Assembly: GCA_964644695.1 (NCBI GenBank)
Contig: CAZXWN010000001.1
Span: forward strand, 244,869 to 308,868
Length of the DNA: 64,000 nt
DNA from: an uncultured bacterium
GTDB taxonomy: Bacteria; UBP4; UBA4092
Direction: 5' to 3'
The notes beneath the pieces were generated by a model, which worked only from the letters and a program-made list of their open reading frames with translations, searched no databases and had not been told where the DNA came from. This document shows, one piece after another, positions 27,447-37,514 of this stretch. The position numbers and the translations under genes were made by a program. The first letter of the stretch is position 1. Every line of letters begins with the position of its first letter.

Positions 27447-30400
27447 TTATCTCTGTTGAGACTTACGATATTCTCGAGCTCTTTCACCTAATGATTTGAA
27501 TATGAGATAAACGCCTTCACCTTTTCGTTCCACTGGTAATTGATCATCGTGTGGACGCCAGAGACCCGCACCTGGATTGGGCTCAATCTTAAAGACAACT
27601 AAAGGCGATATCTGATTTCCTTTTTTATCGAAATAATCAACAGGTTGATTGTTTTGATCCTTACAGACAAAAGGTGGTCGTACTGCCTTACCTGATTTGT
27701 TGAAAAGCTGTATAACGGGTTTTCCTTTTTCAAACAGGGGGAGAATAATTTCAGACTCTTCATCATAGTAACTGACTAATTCATCATTTACATTTGTCAT
27801 GAAAACAGGCATATAATCTCCCATTTCATAGGGGATGTCTGTAATTTGAAGCTCTCGTTCAATGTTAATCGTATCCCCAAATTCAGGATGTGACTGTAAA
27901 TACTCATCAAGAATTTGACGGCCATGTTTTTTCAGGTATTGGCTTTGAGAATTAATTGAACAGAAACACGCTTTCTGCATTTCTCTCCACAATGCATCTC
28001 TATATATTGGATTTATAAACTCATCTCTATACTCATAAAGAAGTCCGCCCTGGCCTACATTAGCAACACCCTGAGTACTTAATACAGTGATGCGGTGAGT
28101 TATTCTGTAATTTTCTTTACCCTTCACAACAATAAGTCGGAAGTAAGAGAATAGGGGAGTTCTGGGTTCGTTTAATAAATTTACAGGAATACCTATTTTG
28201 ATGAATCGATTAATCATGTCGTGCAGGAAATCTTGGCTGTAGAGCTTTCTTACATGGGATTTCAAGACTTCCTGAATGACTACATTATCGACTTTTGATA
28301 TTTCATAAATGTGTCGTGAAAGAATATCAAGGTTCTCATTAATTAATGAATTGTTCTTTCTGACGGGTAGAATCATGGCGCTTCGTCCACCAGATTCTTT
28401 CTCCGATTTTACAATTAACGCATCATGATTTTTGGCCAGTTTAGTGATTTGTTTTTTTATTTCAGATATCGCTTTTTCTGTTTTCATTTTGAGCGTATCT
28501 TTTTGTAACCAGTTAGCTTGATCGGCTGTTCTTGCTGAACTTCCTTTCAACATATCTGGAAGCCGACATTTAAGGTGTGTGGCTGCTTCCCAAAGGAAAG
28601 GTTGAATTACAGGGATATCTAATGCATCAACCTTCAATCTCAGGTAATGTGTGAAATGGAAGAAAATAGCATCGGGAGGTAATGGATTTGAGAATTGAAC
28701 CATAACTAATATGTTATCTTCAGCAATTGGAATATTACGATTTAGTGTGGAATCAACTAACCCAGCATTTTTGATCTCATTAAAATCTTCTTTTGAAACA
28801 AACATGAAGCTATCATGAAGATCTAATGAAGATTGACCCTTATTTTCTTTCATTTCAGGGAAGGCTGATAACATGAGATTTATGTTATCCAGTCTCGACA
28901 ATTTGCTGCCTTGTTGTAAAGCTACTGGAACGGTTGTGTTTCCATGTGGATATATGATGGCAACATTGATACGCTCTGGTTTATTGATATAAGAAGGAGG
29001 TAAGTTGTTAATCAGGATGGGAAGAGGAATTCCCTCATGCATTAATACTGCGACATCTCTCAATCTGGCATAACTGAACCAGAATTGCTCATTGGGATTT
29101 TCTAATTTCACTCCCAATGGAGAATGGTTATTCAGAATGTCCCCAATCCATTGATTTCTATATGCCTCAGAGGTTGTCTTCAAAGGAGATTCTTCTGAAA
29201 GAATATACTGAATATGTTGATATAGCCATTGATGATGTGATACGGAAAGACTAAATAATTCTGTCCTTGAGTAATGTTTGAATGCTGTGCCTCGTTCAGT
29301 ATGGTAGTGATAAGGGAGATAATCGAATATGTGATTATTTATTGTCAGATCAAAGAAACGAGCCACTTCCAGCATTTTTTCTTCTGGAGTATCCGTGCAG
29401 AGCATTTTTTCTAATAAAAAGGCTATATCTAAAAGTTCAAATGTATAAGCAATTTCTGATAAATCGGAGTTTGTTTTAAACTGTTCTGCTGCCTTTGCTA
29501 ATACTTTCGCCAAATGTGTGTATTGTTCAGGCGTTAGTTCATATGATGATATGAGATTATTGATTGCGTCTGTTAAGTTGGTTTTAGCCGGACTATCAGA
29601 TAATTTTGAAATAATAATCTCAAGGGATTTGTAAAGATGAAACATTAAAATCCCTAATTGTGTATTATCATTTAACTCTTTAATAGATAATTTAGCGATG
29701 GCCTGCTTATAAATCAATTCGATATTATGTTCAGTATTGCAGAGATTTGAAGATTGGAAAGCGATTTTTCTCTGCTGAATACCGAGAACTCGACGAGTTG
29801 TTTTTCGCCGTTCATTTAATTTTTCTAAACGAGAAGTTTTTTCCTCAACTGCTTTTAATGAACCACCAATTCCTGTTTTAATTTCTCTATACTCATCTGA
29901 GATATTAATCTTAAAAACAGGTCTGAACAGGGAAGATATAATTTCGTTGATTTCCGATTCATTAAACTCAGGACGTGAGCCTTTTCTAGGGATTGATTTT
30001 TCGAATGACTTGCGAATGTTTACTAATTCTTCATTCGTAATTTTTCCATTTACAACATATGAACCACCTAATATCAACCATGCTCCAAAGTCAAGATCTT
30101 CTAATCTATATTCTGATACAAGTCTTCCATAGGCACGAGATATGTATCTATCAATAGGTTTCCAGACTCCATTATCCCGGGCTTTCTTTTCTTCAGTGGT
30201 TGCTTGAAGCGCTTTATCGTAAAGTTTTGCTGATGTCACAATCTTGTTTAATACAGCTCGTGATTCTGTGTGATTTTTGTTTGTAATTGAAGCGAATAAT
30301 TCGTCACAAAGGTTTTTCTCGAGTTCCATCTCTTGCCGCCACTGGTCTACCGTTTCCTGACCCAAACCGAGAGATCCATAGACTGCATTTGGTTCATATG

Positions 30401-33400
30401 CAAAGAGCTCTTTTACTTTTCTGCGAGATGAAGCATATCTGAAAGAAAATGTTCTTCTCCGACCACCTGATGTACCATCAGCAAATACTAATGCGGAATC
30501 GGGTCTGCCAAATCTCATTAATGCACAGAGTTTTGGAAAGTTATCGATTAAATCTAATAGTCCAGGATCAGGAATACCTAAATCAATAAAATCAACGCCT
30601 TGAACTGCTTCATCATAAGTTGCAAATGTTCCACGCCGATCAGTGACCAGTAAATGAATACTGGGCCCAATCTCAGATAACAATGCCGACTTAACGGAAT
30701 CTGCTAACTCTTGTATACCTGTCCAGTTCTTTAAATCTCCGCCATAGACTCTACAGTTTGCATCAATCTGTGCTTGATTTAGTCCTGCATCAATTAGTTT
30801 CTGATTTATTTGCTCTTTTAAATCTTCTAAGCCCGAACCAGGAACATAGTTTAGAATGTCAGAACCTGTACATGTACCCACAAATCGTATATCGGAAACA
30901 GTCTTGAAATCCCTAAACATATTTCTGAGGACTTCTCTACCTTCTGGATCAATATCTTTAAGTAGATTTTTTTCATAAGTCCCTGAATATATTTCTAATT
31001 TACGAGCACCGGCACTGAATCTTACATCAGTAATTGGAATCTCAAGGCCATCTTTATTTAAAGCTCCTTCTTTATAAGAGGCTGTCATCACTCCGATAAG
31101 CTGGGTGTCATCTGGAATGTTTGGATTTCTCTGACGTGATTTATTGAGAAGGTTTCGAATCAATTGGACTTTTCGGAAAGGGCCAATTCGGTTTATTTCT
31201 TCCAAGCCTTGAGCTTTTTTATTTATCCAGTTGGTAAGCCTTAATGTTTCATCCGTTTCTTTTTCTGAGGTTGTTGATATTACATTGGCTTTTGAAAATG
31301 TATTGGCCAATGCAAATGGATTGGGAAGATAGAAACAGCCGTTTTCTGTTGTAAAGTATTCCTTATATTTTTCTGTTAAATATTTCTGACATGCATCTTC
31401 CCAATCTAATATTGAGTCAAATTCAATTCGTCTTGCTAAAATCTTGCGCATATCATCTACAAGAGAAGGTTGAATTGCTGTTGGGATGTTAAAACTGGTC
31501 AGTAGTTTTGCAGAGGTATCTTTATCAACGGCCGCTAAAGTGACTGCGTAAAGAAGTGTGAATTCCTTAGGTACACAAAATCCACCATACGTTTCACCGG
31601 TGGGCAAGACCAAACGGTCTTCACGCATATTCCATTGATCTCTGAAAAACTCGAAATCACCGATTCCAACAGCATCAATATTTGCTCCGGCTGCGAGAGA
31701 AAGGTAATAAACCCCACCTCTCGTGAAAAAGTTTTCTCCTACTTTCATAAACTCTGCTAATCTTGGAGAATTTACGGCTTGTGGATTGGCATTATACAGG
31801 GAATATAATTCTTTACCACGAATTGATGCAGCTTGATCTCTTCCTCCAAGCCACTTTGGAATTCCTTGGACAGAGTAAACTTCTTCTATTCCAAGATCAA
31901 CACGGCTAGGTGTATATAAAAGATTGTATCGTTTGTAAGGACCACTTGCTTCATATCGATATAGAGGATCCATTAATAAAGAAGACAATCCCTCCGCAGC
32001 GATGACTTCTCTACGAGCAGAGATTGTTGCCATTGTATTGTCAAGCTGTCGATAAAGATCCTTGGTTTCAATTGACAGTGCTTTTGCTGTTGCCTTTGCA
32101 ACTTCAGGATATGACATTAGTAGTTTTATAACGCATTTGTTTAAATCTTGTTCTAGGGAAGCGTTGAGCCCTTCATCCCTGATTAGATTTAATAATGTTC
32201 CTTCGAGTTCAAGCTCTCTGATGACAGTATTGGCAGAATCAATAATTGTTTTTTTATACCCTTTAATTATGGCAGCAACTTTTCCTTGAAGATTAAATGC
32301 ACGGATTACGTTGAATAATGCCATTGTCTCTTGCAACCAATTTTCAACATTTACTTCCGTTTCGCCAGGGCCAAGTGTGGTGAGAACATGAATACATGGT
32401 AATGGTCTAACCTTATCAAATACATGGTTATGGTAAATGGAATTGTTTAATGGTTTCGTTTTGTGATTATTTATTTTTTTGATTAACCTACTGTCGTTTT
32501 GAGCTGTCAGCCATAATGCTTCTAGTCTGCTGCTCCCTTTTTCTATCTCATAACCAATGGTCTTAACGTGTTTTTTACTTATATCTTCGACTAATTCTGA
32601 TACCCAAACTATCCTGTTAGAAAGATTATATTTTTTTATTTTATTCACGATTTGTGAATGTGATAATTTATTCCAGTTTGATATTAATAATCTACGTGCA
32701 ACTTCAACATTCTCTATGAACATCACCTCTTCAATATTTATTGCCCAATCATCAGCATGTCTTCGATACATCTCTTCCAAAGAAGCTCTCTGTACTTGTG
32801 CCGTAATATCATAACCCCCTTCGGTTTTAGGAGTTATTTTATAGGATGCATATGCAGGAAGTGCTTCAATCCAATCATCACATTTTTGTAACCATGTATT
32901 TAAATGGGGCGTAATATATGAGTTTGGAGCAGATGTTTCTAACAGCTGTAGGATGTGTTCATCTTGTCCAAAAAAAGGATCCTTTTTTTCATTAAGCATG
33001 CCAATATTGATAGAACCTGTATTGGTTATTCGTTGGAAATATACAAGAAAAGCCGGATCATATTGGGAAGCTTTTTGTATACTCTTTTCAAGATTTGTAA
33101 CCAGCTGTCTTAATTTCAATGTAATACTAATCAATTTATTGTATTCAATAACGAATTGATCATGATTCAATCCGTGTTTAGATTCTAGGACAGAAGTTGT
33201 CTTACTCTCATAACTCTGTAGCGATTTTTTCAGCCTTGAGAGAATCCCATTAATTTCAGCTAAAGATACTTTTTCCTTTGAATTTAGGTTAATTAGAGAC
33301 TGAATATCAGAACCTAAATATGTTTCAATGGAGTAAAAATCTCTATTTTGTTTGAGAAATGCGACGATTTTTTGAATGGGAATGTGGATGCTGACTGATT

Positions 33401-33662
33401 CAATGACTTTTGCTGAAGCCATCAACATACCATCAATGTAAAAGGCTCTAGAAAAACGGCCACATATTAATCGTGTGTCATTTGCTCTGCACCAATCAGA
33501 TACAGTATGTACGTTATTAATTTCTATAGAGTTATCAAAAGTTTCAGCAATGTCTCTGTAAATTGCTTCACGAAGCGAGGCCAAGTCCGAGTATTGTTCT
33601 ATATCCTTTTTTATCTTTGAACGATCATATGGAGTATTTACTGTGATTTTTTCGTTAGGCAT
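27447..33662 (-). CDS. 2071-aa multidomain protein: NDP-sugar 6-dehydrogenase-like core plus C-terminal ATP-grasp
   Basis: YTPSRVDLG, IPKWLGG, AEFMKVGEN, GETYGGFCVPKE, SYKEG...TDVRFS (UGDH/WbpA-like); IVKSEKESGG, VVIQE, ANVGQGG, KIEPNPG (ATP-grasp-like). Confidence 0.7.
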   Translation of the reverse strand: MPNEKITVNTPYDRSKIKKDIEQYSDLASLREAIYRDIAETFDNSIEINNVHTVSDWCRANDTRLICGRFSRAFYIDGMLMASAKVIESVSIHIPIQKIVAFLKQNRDFYSIETYLGSDIQSLINLNSKEKVSLAEINGILSRLKKSLQSYESKTTSVLESKHGLNHDQFVIEYNKLISITLKLRQLVTNLEKSIQKASQYDPAFLVYFQRITNTGSINIGMLNEKKDPFFGQDEHILQLLETSAPNSYITPHLNTWLQKCDDWIEALPAYASYKITPKTEGGYDITAQVQRASLEEMYRRHADDWAINIEEVMFIENVEVARRLLISNWNKLSHSQIVNKIKKYNLSNRIVWVSELVEDISKKHVKTIGYEIEKGSSRLEALWLTAQNDSRLIKKINNHKTKPLNNSIYHNHVFDKVRPLPCIHVLTTLGPGETEVNVENWLQETMALFNVIRAFNLQGKVAAIIKGYKKTIIDSANTVIRELELEGTLLNLIRDEGLNASLEQDLNKCVIKLLMSYPEVAKATAKALSIETKDLYRQLDNTMATISARREVIAAEGLSSLLMDPLYRYEASGPYKRYNLLYTPSRVDLGIEEVYSVQGIPKWLGGRDQAASIRGKELYSLYNANPQAVNSPRLAEFMKVGENFFTRGGVYYLSLAAGANIDAVGIGDFEFFRDQWNMREDRLVLPTGETYGGFCVPKEFTLLYAVTLAAVDKDTSAKLLTSFNIPTAIQPSLVDDMRKILARRIEFDSILDWEDACQKYLTEKYKEYFTTENGCFYLPNPFALANTFSKANVISTTSEKETDETLRLTNWINKKAQGLEEINRIGPFRKVQLIRNLLNKSRQRNPNIPDDTQLIGVMTASYKEGALNKDGLEIPITDVRFSAGARKLEIYSGTYEKNLLKDIDPEGREVLRNMFRDFKTVSDIRFVGTCTGSDILNYVPGSGLEDLKEQINQKLIDAGLNQAQIDANCRVYGGDLKNWTGIQELADSVKSALLSEIGPSIHLLVTDRRGTFATYDEAVQGVDFIDLGIPDPGLLDLIDNFPKLCALMRFGRPDSALVFADGTSGGRRRTFSFRYASSRRKVKELFAYEPNAVYGSLGLGQETVDQWRQEMELEKNLCDELFASITNKNHTESRAVLNKIVTSAKLYDKALQATTEEKKARDNGVWKPIDRYISRAYGRLVSEYRLEDLDFGAWLILGGSYVVNGKITNEELVNIRKSFEKSIPRKGSRPEFNESEINEIISSLFRPVFKINISDEYREIKTGIGGSLKAVEEKTSRLEKLNERRKTTRRVLGIQQRKIAFQSSNLCNTEHNIELIYKQAIAKLSIKELNDNTQLGILMFHLYKSLEIIISKLSDSPAKTNLTDAINNLISSYELTPEQYTHLAKVLAKAAEQFKTNSDLSEIAYTFELLDIAFLLEKMLCTDTPEEKMLEVARFFDLTINNHIFDYLPYHYHTERGTAFKHYSRTELFSLSVSHHQWLYQHIQYILSEESPLKTTSEAYRNQWIGDILNNHSPLGVKLENPNEQFWFSYARLRDVAVLMHEGIPLPILINNLPPSYINKPERINVAIIYPHGNTTVPVALQQGSKLSRLDNINLMLSAFPEMKENKGQSSLDLHDSFMFVSKEDFNEIKNAGLVDSTLNRNIPIAEDNILVMVQFSNPLPPDAIFFHFTHYLRLKVDALDIPVIQPFLWEAATHLKCRLPDMLKGSSARTADQANWLQKDTLKMKTEKAISEIKKQITKLAKNHDALIVKSEKESGGRSAMILPVRKNNSLINENLDILSRHIYEISKVDNVVIQEVLKSHVRKLYSQDFLHDMINRFIKIGIPVNLLNEPRTPLFSYFRLIVVKGKENYRITHRITVLSTQGVANVGQGGLLYEYRDEFINPIYRDALWREMQKACFCSINSQSQYLKKHGRQILDEYLQSHPEFGDTINIERELQITDIPYEMGDYMPVFMTNVNDELVSYYDEESEIILPLFEKGKPVIQLFNKSGKAVRPPFVCKDQNNQPVDYFDKKGNQISPLVVFKIEPNPGAGLWRPHDDQLPVERKGEGVYLIFKSLGERAREYRKSQQR

Positions 33663-34500
33663 TTTTGAGCAGAGACTCCTTCATTTCGATATTGTTCAAA
33701 ATATTTTTTAAGGAACGAATAGCTTCTCTTGTGGGTTCTATGCCACTAAATCCGCCTTTGGAATCCCCACCTTGAAGATGTGGTTCTAATGAAATAACAT
33801 CTGTCTGTTTAAGTTTGCATAATTCTGTGATTATTTTTTCAAATTCGCAATCACCTTTTCCTGGTACAAGAAATTGATTGCTACCAAGTTTTATATCTTT
33901 TACATGTAAATAGCCAGTTAAAGGCAACATCAGTGGGGTCATTTCGTGACTAACAGCTTCTCTCATGAAATATATGTAATTCCCTGGGTCATATAGAAAG
34001 TCAAAATTTGGAGAGGAAATATGTTTATTTATAAAACGCACTTCATCAGGAGTGGATCCAAAGAGTGAACCATCTTCATTTTCTAGATGGAGTATATGCC
34101 CTCTTGCTTTTGCTGTTTCAAGAAGTATATGCAACCTGTCGACAACAGCATTTCCCCAAGAGATATGATCAGTATCTGGTAAATAATAACCGAATATTCG
34201 GATGTTGTTGGTTTGAAAATAGTCTGCATAATCAAGAATTTTTTGGAAGTTTGCGAGTGATAAATCTGGAGGATCGGTGATAGGTGTTTTACCAATTGGA
34301 GAGGATAATCCAGACACAGTAATATTATTATCATCAAGAAGTTTTTTGACTTCAGATAATTCATGAGAAGTCCAATTAACAATATTTTTGTTGTTGATAC
34401 TACGCAATTCAATATGGTTAATGTTTTCCTGGATTAAAAGATTGACTTGTTCTTGCAAATTACTTGATATCTCATCACCAATAACACTTAGTTTAAACAT
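33655..34500 (-). CDS. Sugar phosphate isomerase/epimerase (AP endonuclease family 2 TIM barrel)
   Basis: SVIGDEIS, IELRS, SPIGK, IRIF, HLENE, DPGNY, HVKD, PGKGD, SLEPH; metal ligands intact. Start placed at the ATG at 34500. Confidence 0.85.
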   Translation of the reverse strand: MFKLSVIGDEISSNLQEQVNLLIQENINHIELRSINNKNIVNWTSHELSEVKKLLDDNNITVSGLSSPIGKTPITDPPDLSLANFQKILDYADYFQTNNIRIFGYYLPDTDHISWGNAVVDRLHILLETAKARGHILHLENEDGSLFGSTPDEVRFINKHISSPNFDFLYDPGNYIYFMREAVSHEMTPLMLPLTGYLHVKDIKLGSNQFLVPGKGDCEFEKIITELCKLKQTDVISLEPHLQGGDSKGGFSGIEPTREAIRSLKNILNNIEMKESLLKNA

Positions 34501-34693
34501 AATGAACTCTTTCATTCTAATATTATAGTTACGCATATATATTTATCAATAAATAAATCTATATTCATATTATACGACTAAATATGATGAAATGTATTAA
34601 AAAATAAACATATTTGTAATTATGTTTATATATATATGATATTAAAGGGTTTAGGTTGTTTTTTTATTGCGAAATAGAATCGACTTTGTGAAT

Positions 34694-34710
34694 TTGTACG
34701 AATCGTACAA
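34694..34710. promoter_or_regulatory. Candidate operator upstream of the sugar operon
   Basis: Perfect inverted repeat TTGTACGA-A-TCGTACAA in an AT-rich intergenic region. Confidence 0.45.
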
Positions 34711-34980
34711 TAGTTTCATCAAAAACAAAGATTTTGCTTGAAAATATGATATTCAAACAATATTCATGAAGAAAGCAAATTTTAATTAAGAAATAGCGTC
34801 AAGATTATATTGGATGGAAGTTTTGTTAAAAGTACGTATAAATAAACTCCAAAGGAATTTACATGAGTTAGGGGAAACGACTATATTGTTATTTTGAAAA
34901 TAAATACTCTTCTTTTAATCCGGATTATCGAGTACCCAAAATACTATATTCCGAAATCAAAAGCCTTTTAGAAAAAATCC

Positions 34981-35604
34981 TTATTTCATCATTCCAAAGT
35001 TTTTCAGAAATTGTAATCCAATTTTTTGACTTTTTTCGGGGTGAAACTGCGTGGCTACAACATTATCTTTTGCTACAACTGTTGTAAATTCGCCTTCATA
35101 ATCAGTTATTGCTGCAATCCATTCAGGGTTCGATGGTTTTACATAGAAGGAATGATCATAATAGACGTATGATTCGTTCTGTATGTTGTCGAAGATGGGT
35201 ATATTTTTCTTGATAATTAGTTGGTTCCAACCAATATGAGGAATCTTCATTGATCCGCTAAAACGAACAACCTCACCTGGAATTACATTCATACCATCGA
35301 AAACCCCACCCTCATAACTGACGGTAAAGAGCATCTGCAAACCTAAACAAATGCCCAGGAATGGTTTTCCACTCTGAATGGCTGAGATTACTTCTCCCGT
35401 TAACTTATTTTCTTCAAGGCAACGTTTTGCATCGCAAAATGCACCCTGCCCAGGTACAACAACGTGGGTAGCATTTCTTATTGATTGCCGATTTTGAGTG
35501 ATTTCAGCGGTATAGCCAACTTTTTCAATAGCTTTTTGTACGGAACGAAGGTTACCCATTCCATAATCAATAATGACGATTCGTGGTTCCATAGGTCCTA
35601 CCAT
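34981..35604 (-). CDS. hisH: Imidazole glycerol phosphate synthase glutaminase subunit HisH
   Basis: IIDYGMGNLRSV, PGQGAF, LGICLGLQ, PHIGWN, QFHPEKS. Confidence 0.93.
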   Translation of the reverse strand: MVGPMEPRIVIIDYGMGNLRSVQKAIEKVGYTAEITQNRQSIRNATHVVVPGQGAFCDAKRCLEENKLTGEVISAIQSGKPFLGICLGLQMLFTVSYEGGVFDGMNVIPGEVVRFSGSMKIPHIGWNQLIIKKNIPIFDNIQNESYVYYDHSFYVKPSNPEWIAAITDYEGEFTTVVAKDNVVATQFHPEKSQKIGLQFLKNFGMMK

Positions 35605-36698
35605 TTTGATTTTAAATTATTAAACTTATTTTCCTTAATTGCGTAATCTAAAGTGAAAATAATAACACCCTTTGAAGGTGGTCTTAACGCTTCATTGATA
35701 GCACTGGTAAATTCTTTATTACTAAGTTCTGAAGGAATACTGCATGCCTGAATAATTGGCACGATAGGTTTATTCGTTTGGTTTGACTGATAATTTATTA
35801 TCGCGTTAATCCAGTTAATATCACGATAGCATAATTTATGATAAACCATGGGAGTAAAAACATCTACATAGGGGCTTAATGTTTTATAATTCTGTCCAAT
35901 TGTTGAATGTATTGCATTATTAAAATCATCAGGAGTCCACGGAACTCCAAAGAATCCAACCACGATAGATGGATTCTTGGATTTAATTTGCTGATACGCT
36001 TTTCTTGTGAAGGTGGTAATATTCTGACATTTCCAATCTATCCATGCTTGATTGTGAGTTTTGAGGATCCAGGCTGCCTTATCAGCAGTCTTGGTTAGGT
36101 TTGTGGGAATTTGAATTCTTGTATCTTTCTGAAATTTTGCCAGACAAATCGGACAGAAACATGTCTGGTCTAAACGGGGATTTTTTACTTCCCAATGGGT
36201 TGGATAGCGGATAAAATCCAGCCATATCCCATCAACATCATATTTATCAATTAATTCGGATATTTCATGTAATCGTTTCTCTTGTAATTTGGGTTGATTA
36301 GGGCATAGGCCACCATACCAATCATCTTTTTCTATTGGTTTGCCAGATGATGTGATGGGCCTATATTCGGGATTCATTTTCCATAATCCAGTCCCTGCAA
36401 ATAATGTTATCTCTGCATAAACATTTATTTGATTTTGTTTCAAAAGTTTTCGTAGCTCAGTATTTTTATATCCCCCAAAAACACTATTAATCTTATTTTC
36501 TTTTAGAAGCTTTATGACATCTTCATCAGTCTTGCCTGGAAATTGTAGTTGGGGAGAATCATTTAGTCCGTAAACCGATTTTACAGGGAACTGAATCCTT
36601 AAATTTGGTTTTTTCATTGTTGAACCCCATCCAATTCCAATCAAGAGATGAATTAAGACAAGAACTAGGTAGATATGTTTATTTTGTGGGAAAACCAT
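35598..36698 (-). CDS. Putative glycoside hydrolase (GHL10/DUF187-like TIM barrel)
   Basis: LCPNQP, YDVDGIWLDFIRYP, CFCPICLAKF, WIDWK, PMVYH; N-terminal hydrophobic segment. Confidence 0.65.
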   Translation of the reverse strand: MVFPQNKHIYLVLVLIHLLIGIGWGSTMKKPNLRIQFPVKSVYGLNDSPQLQFPGKTDEDVIKLLKENKINSVFGGYKNTELRKLLKQNQINVYAEITLFAGTGLWKMNPEYRPITSSGKPIEKDDWYGGLCPNQPKLQEKRLHEISELIDKYDVDGIWLDFIRYPTHWEVKNPRLDQTCFCPICLAKFQKDTRIQIPTNLTKTADKAAWILKTHNQAWIDWKCQNITTFTRKAYQQIKSKNPSIVVGFFGVPWTPDDFNNAIHSTIGQNYKTLSPYVDVFTPMVYHKLCYRDINWINAIINYQSNQTNKPIVPIIQACSIPSELSNKEFTSAINEALRPPSKGVIIFTLDYAIKENKFNNLKSKW

Positions 36699-36762
36699 AG
36701 GTATATTTTACCTTACAAATAATATGTTTTTTATTTTCATTCCGTTGATATGCCTAAATTTC

Positions 36763-36808
36763 ATTTATGTCAGTAATAATTGACATAAATATTAATATTA
36801 GTTAGGAT
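36763..36808 (+). promoter_or_regulatory. suf operon promoter with an overlapping inverted repeat (candidate SufR operator)
   Basis: TTGACA(36780)-17 nt-TAGGAT(36803); ATTTATGTCA-N8-TGACATAAAT at 36763..36790. Confidence 0.65.
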
Positions 36809-36850
36809 GGTTAATGAATAGAGTGATAATGAAGGAGAATCTAAATTCAG

Positions 36851-37513
36851 ATGAAAAAAGAAATATTTGATAGCCCTTCAGGTAAGATCTTTCGCTTTAT
36901 TTTGGAACAGGGGGAGGTTACTATAAAAGAAATTGAAGAAGGTCTTGTCGTAACTCGGAATGCAATTCGTCCCCAACTGGATAGTTTAATTATTCAAGGT
37001 TTAATTGGCTCGAGATTGGTCAAAACTGAACGGGGAAGACCCTATAATTTATATTATGTAACAGAGATTGGAAGAGATTCGTTGCCTGACCAGTACAAGG
37101 CATTATTTAGGAGCATATGGCAGGAGATTAATTCGTTATCTGATTCAACTTTAAAGGCTCGTTTAATGGAGGTTATTAGTACCCGTATGGCTGAAGAGTA
37201 TGAGATTGAACTGCGCGGAGTATCTCCAGAAAACAGATTAAATCGATTTATTGAGTTATTAAATACAAGGGGAATTCCGACTCAAATTAAAGAAGAAGAT
37301 GACAGTTTTGAGTGGAAAGAATATGTATGTCCTTATTATCAAGTTGCGAAAGCTGATCCTGATGTTTGTCTCATGGAACTTGAAATGATGAAAAAAGTAT
37401 TAGGCAAAGAAGTGGAACGGCATGAGTGGATAATGAAAGGCTCGTCCGGGTGCAAGTTCCGTATTAATAAAGATTCAAATATTAACCCGTTTTCACAGGA
37501 GGATACTAGATAA
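36851..37513 (+). CDS. sufR: SufR-like Fe-S cluster transcriptional regulator (wHTH)
   Basis: HTH then RGRP...Y.VT..G; C-terminal CPY...VC..E...C ligands; first gene of the suf operon. Confidence 0.75.
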   Translation: MKKEIFDSPSGKIFRFILEQGEVTIKEIEEGLVVTRNAIRPQLDSLIIQGLIGSRLVKTERGRPYNLYYVTEIGRDSLPDQYKALFRSIWQEINSLSDSTLKARLMEVISTRMAEEYEIELRGVSPENRLNRFIELLNTRGIPTQIKEEDDSFEWKEYVCPYYQVAKADPDVCLMELEMMKKVLGKEVERHEWIMKGSSGCKFRINKDSNINPFSQEDTR

Positions 37514-37514
37514 A

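Noticed and set aside
34981-35604. hisH as the amidotransferase of the sugar operon (WbuY-like)
   Set aside because: The sequence looks like canonical HisH, no hisF- or wbuX-like partner is adjacent, and about 480 nt of non-coding DNA separates it from the operon. It cannot be fully excluded.
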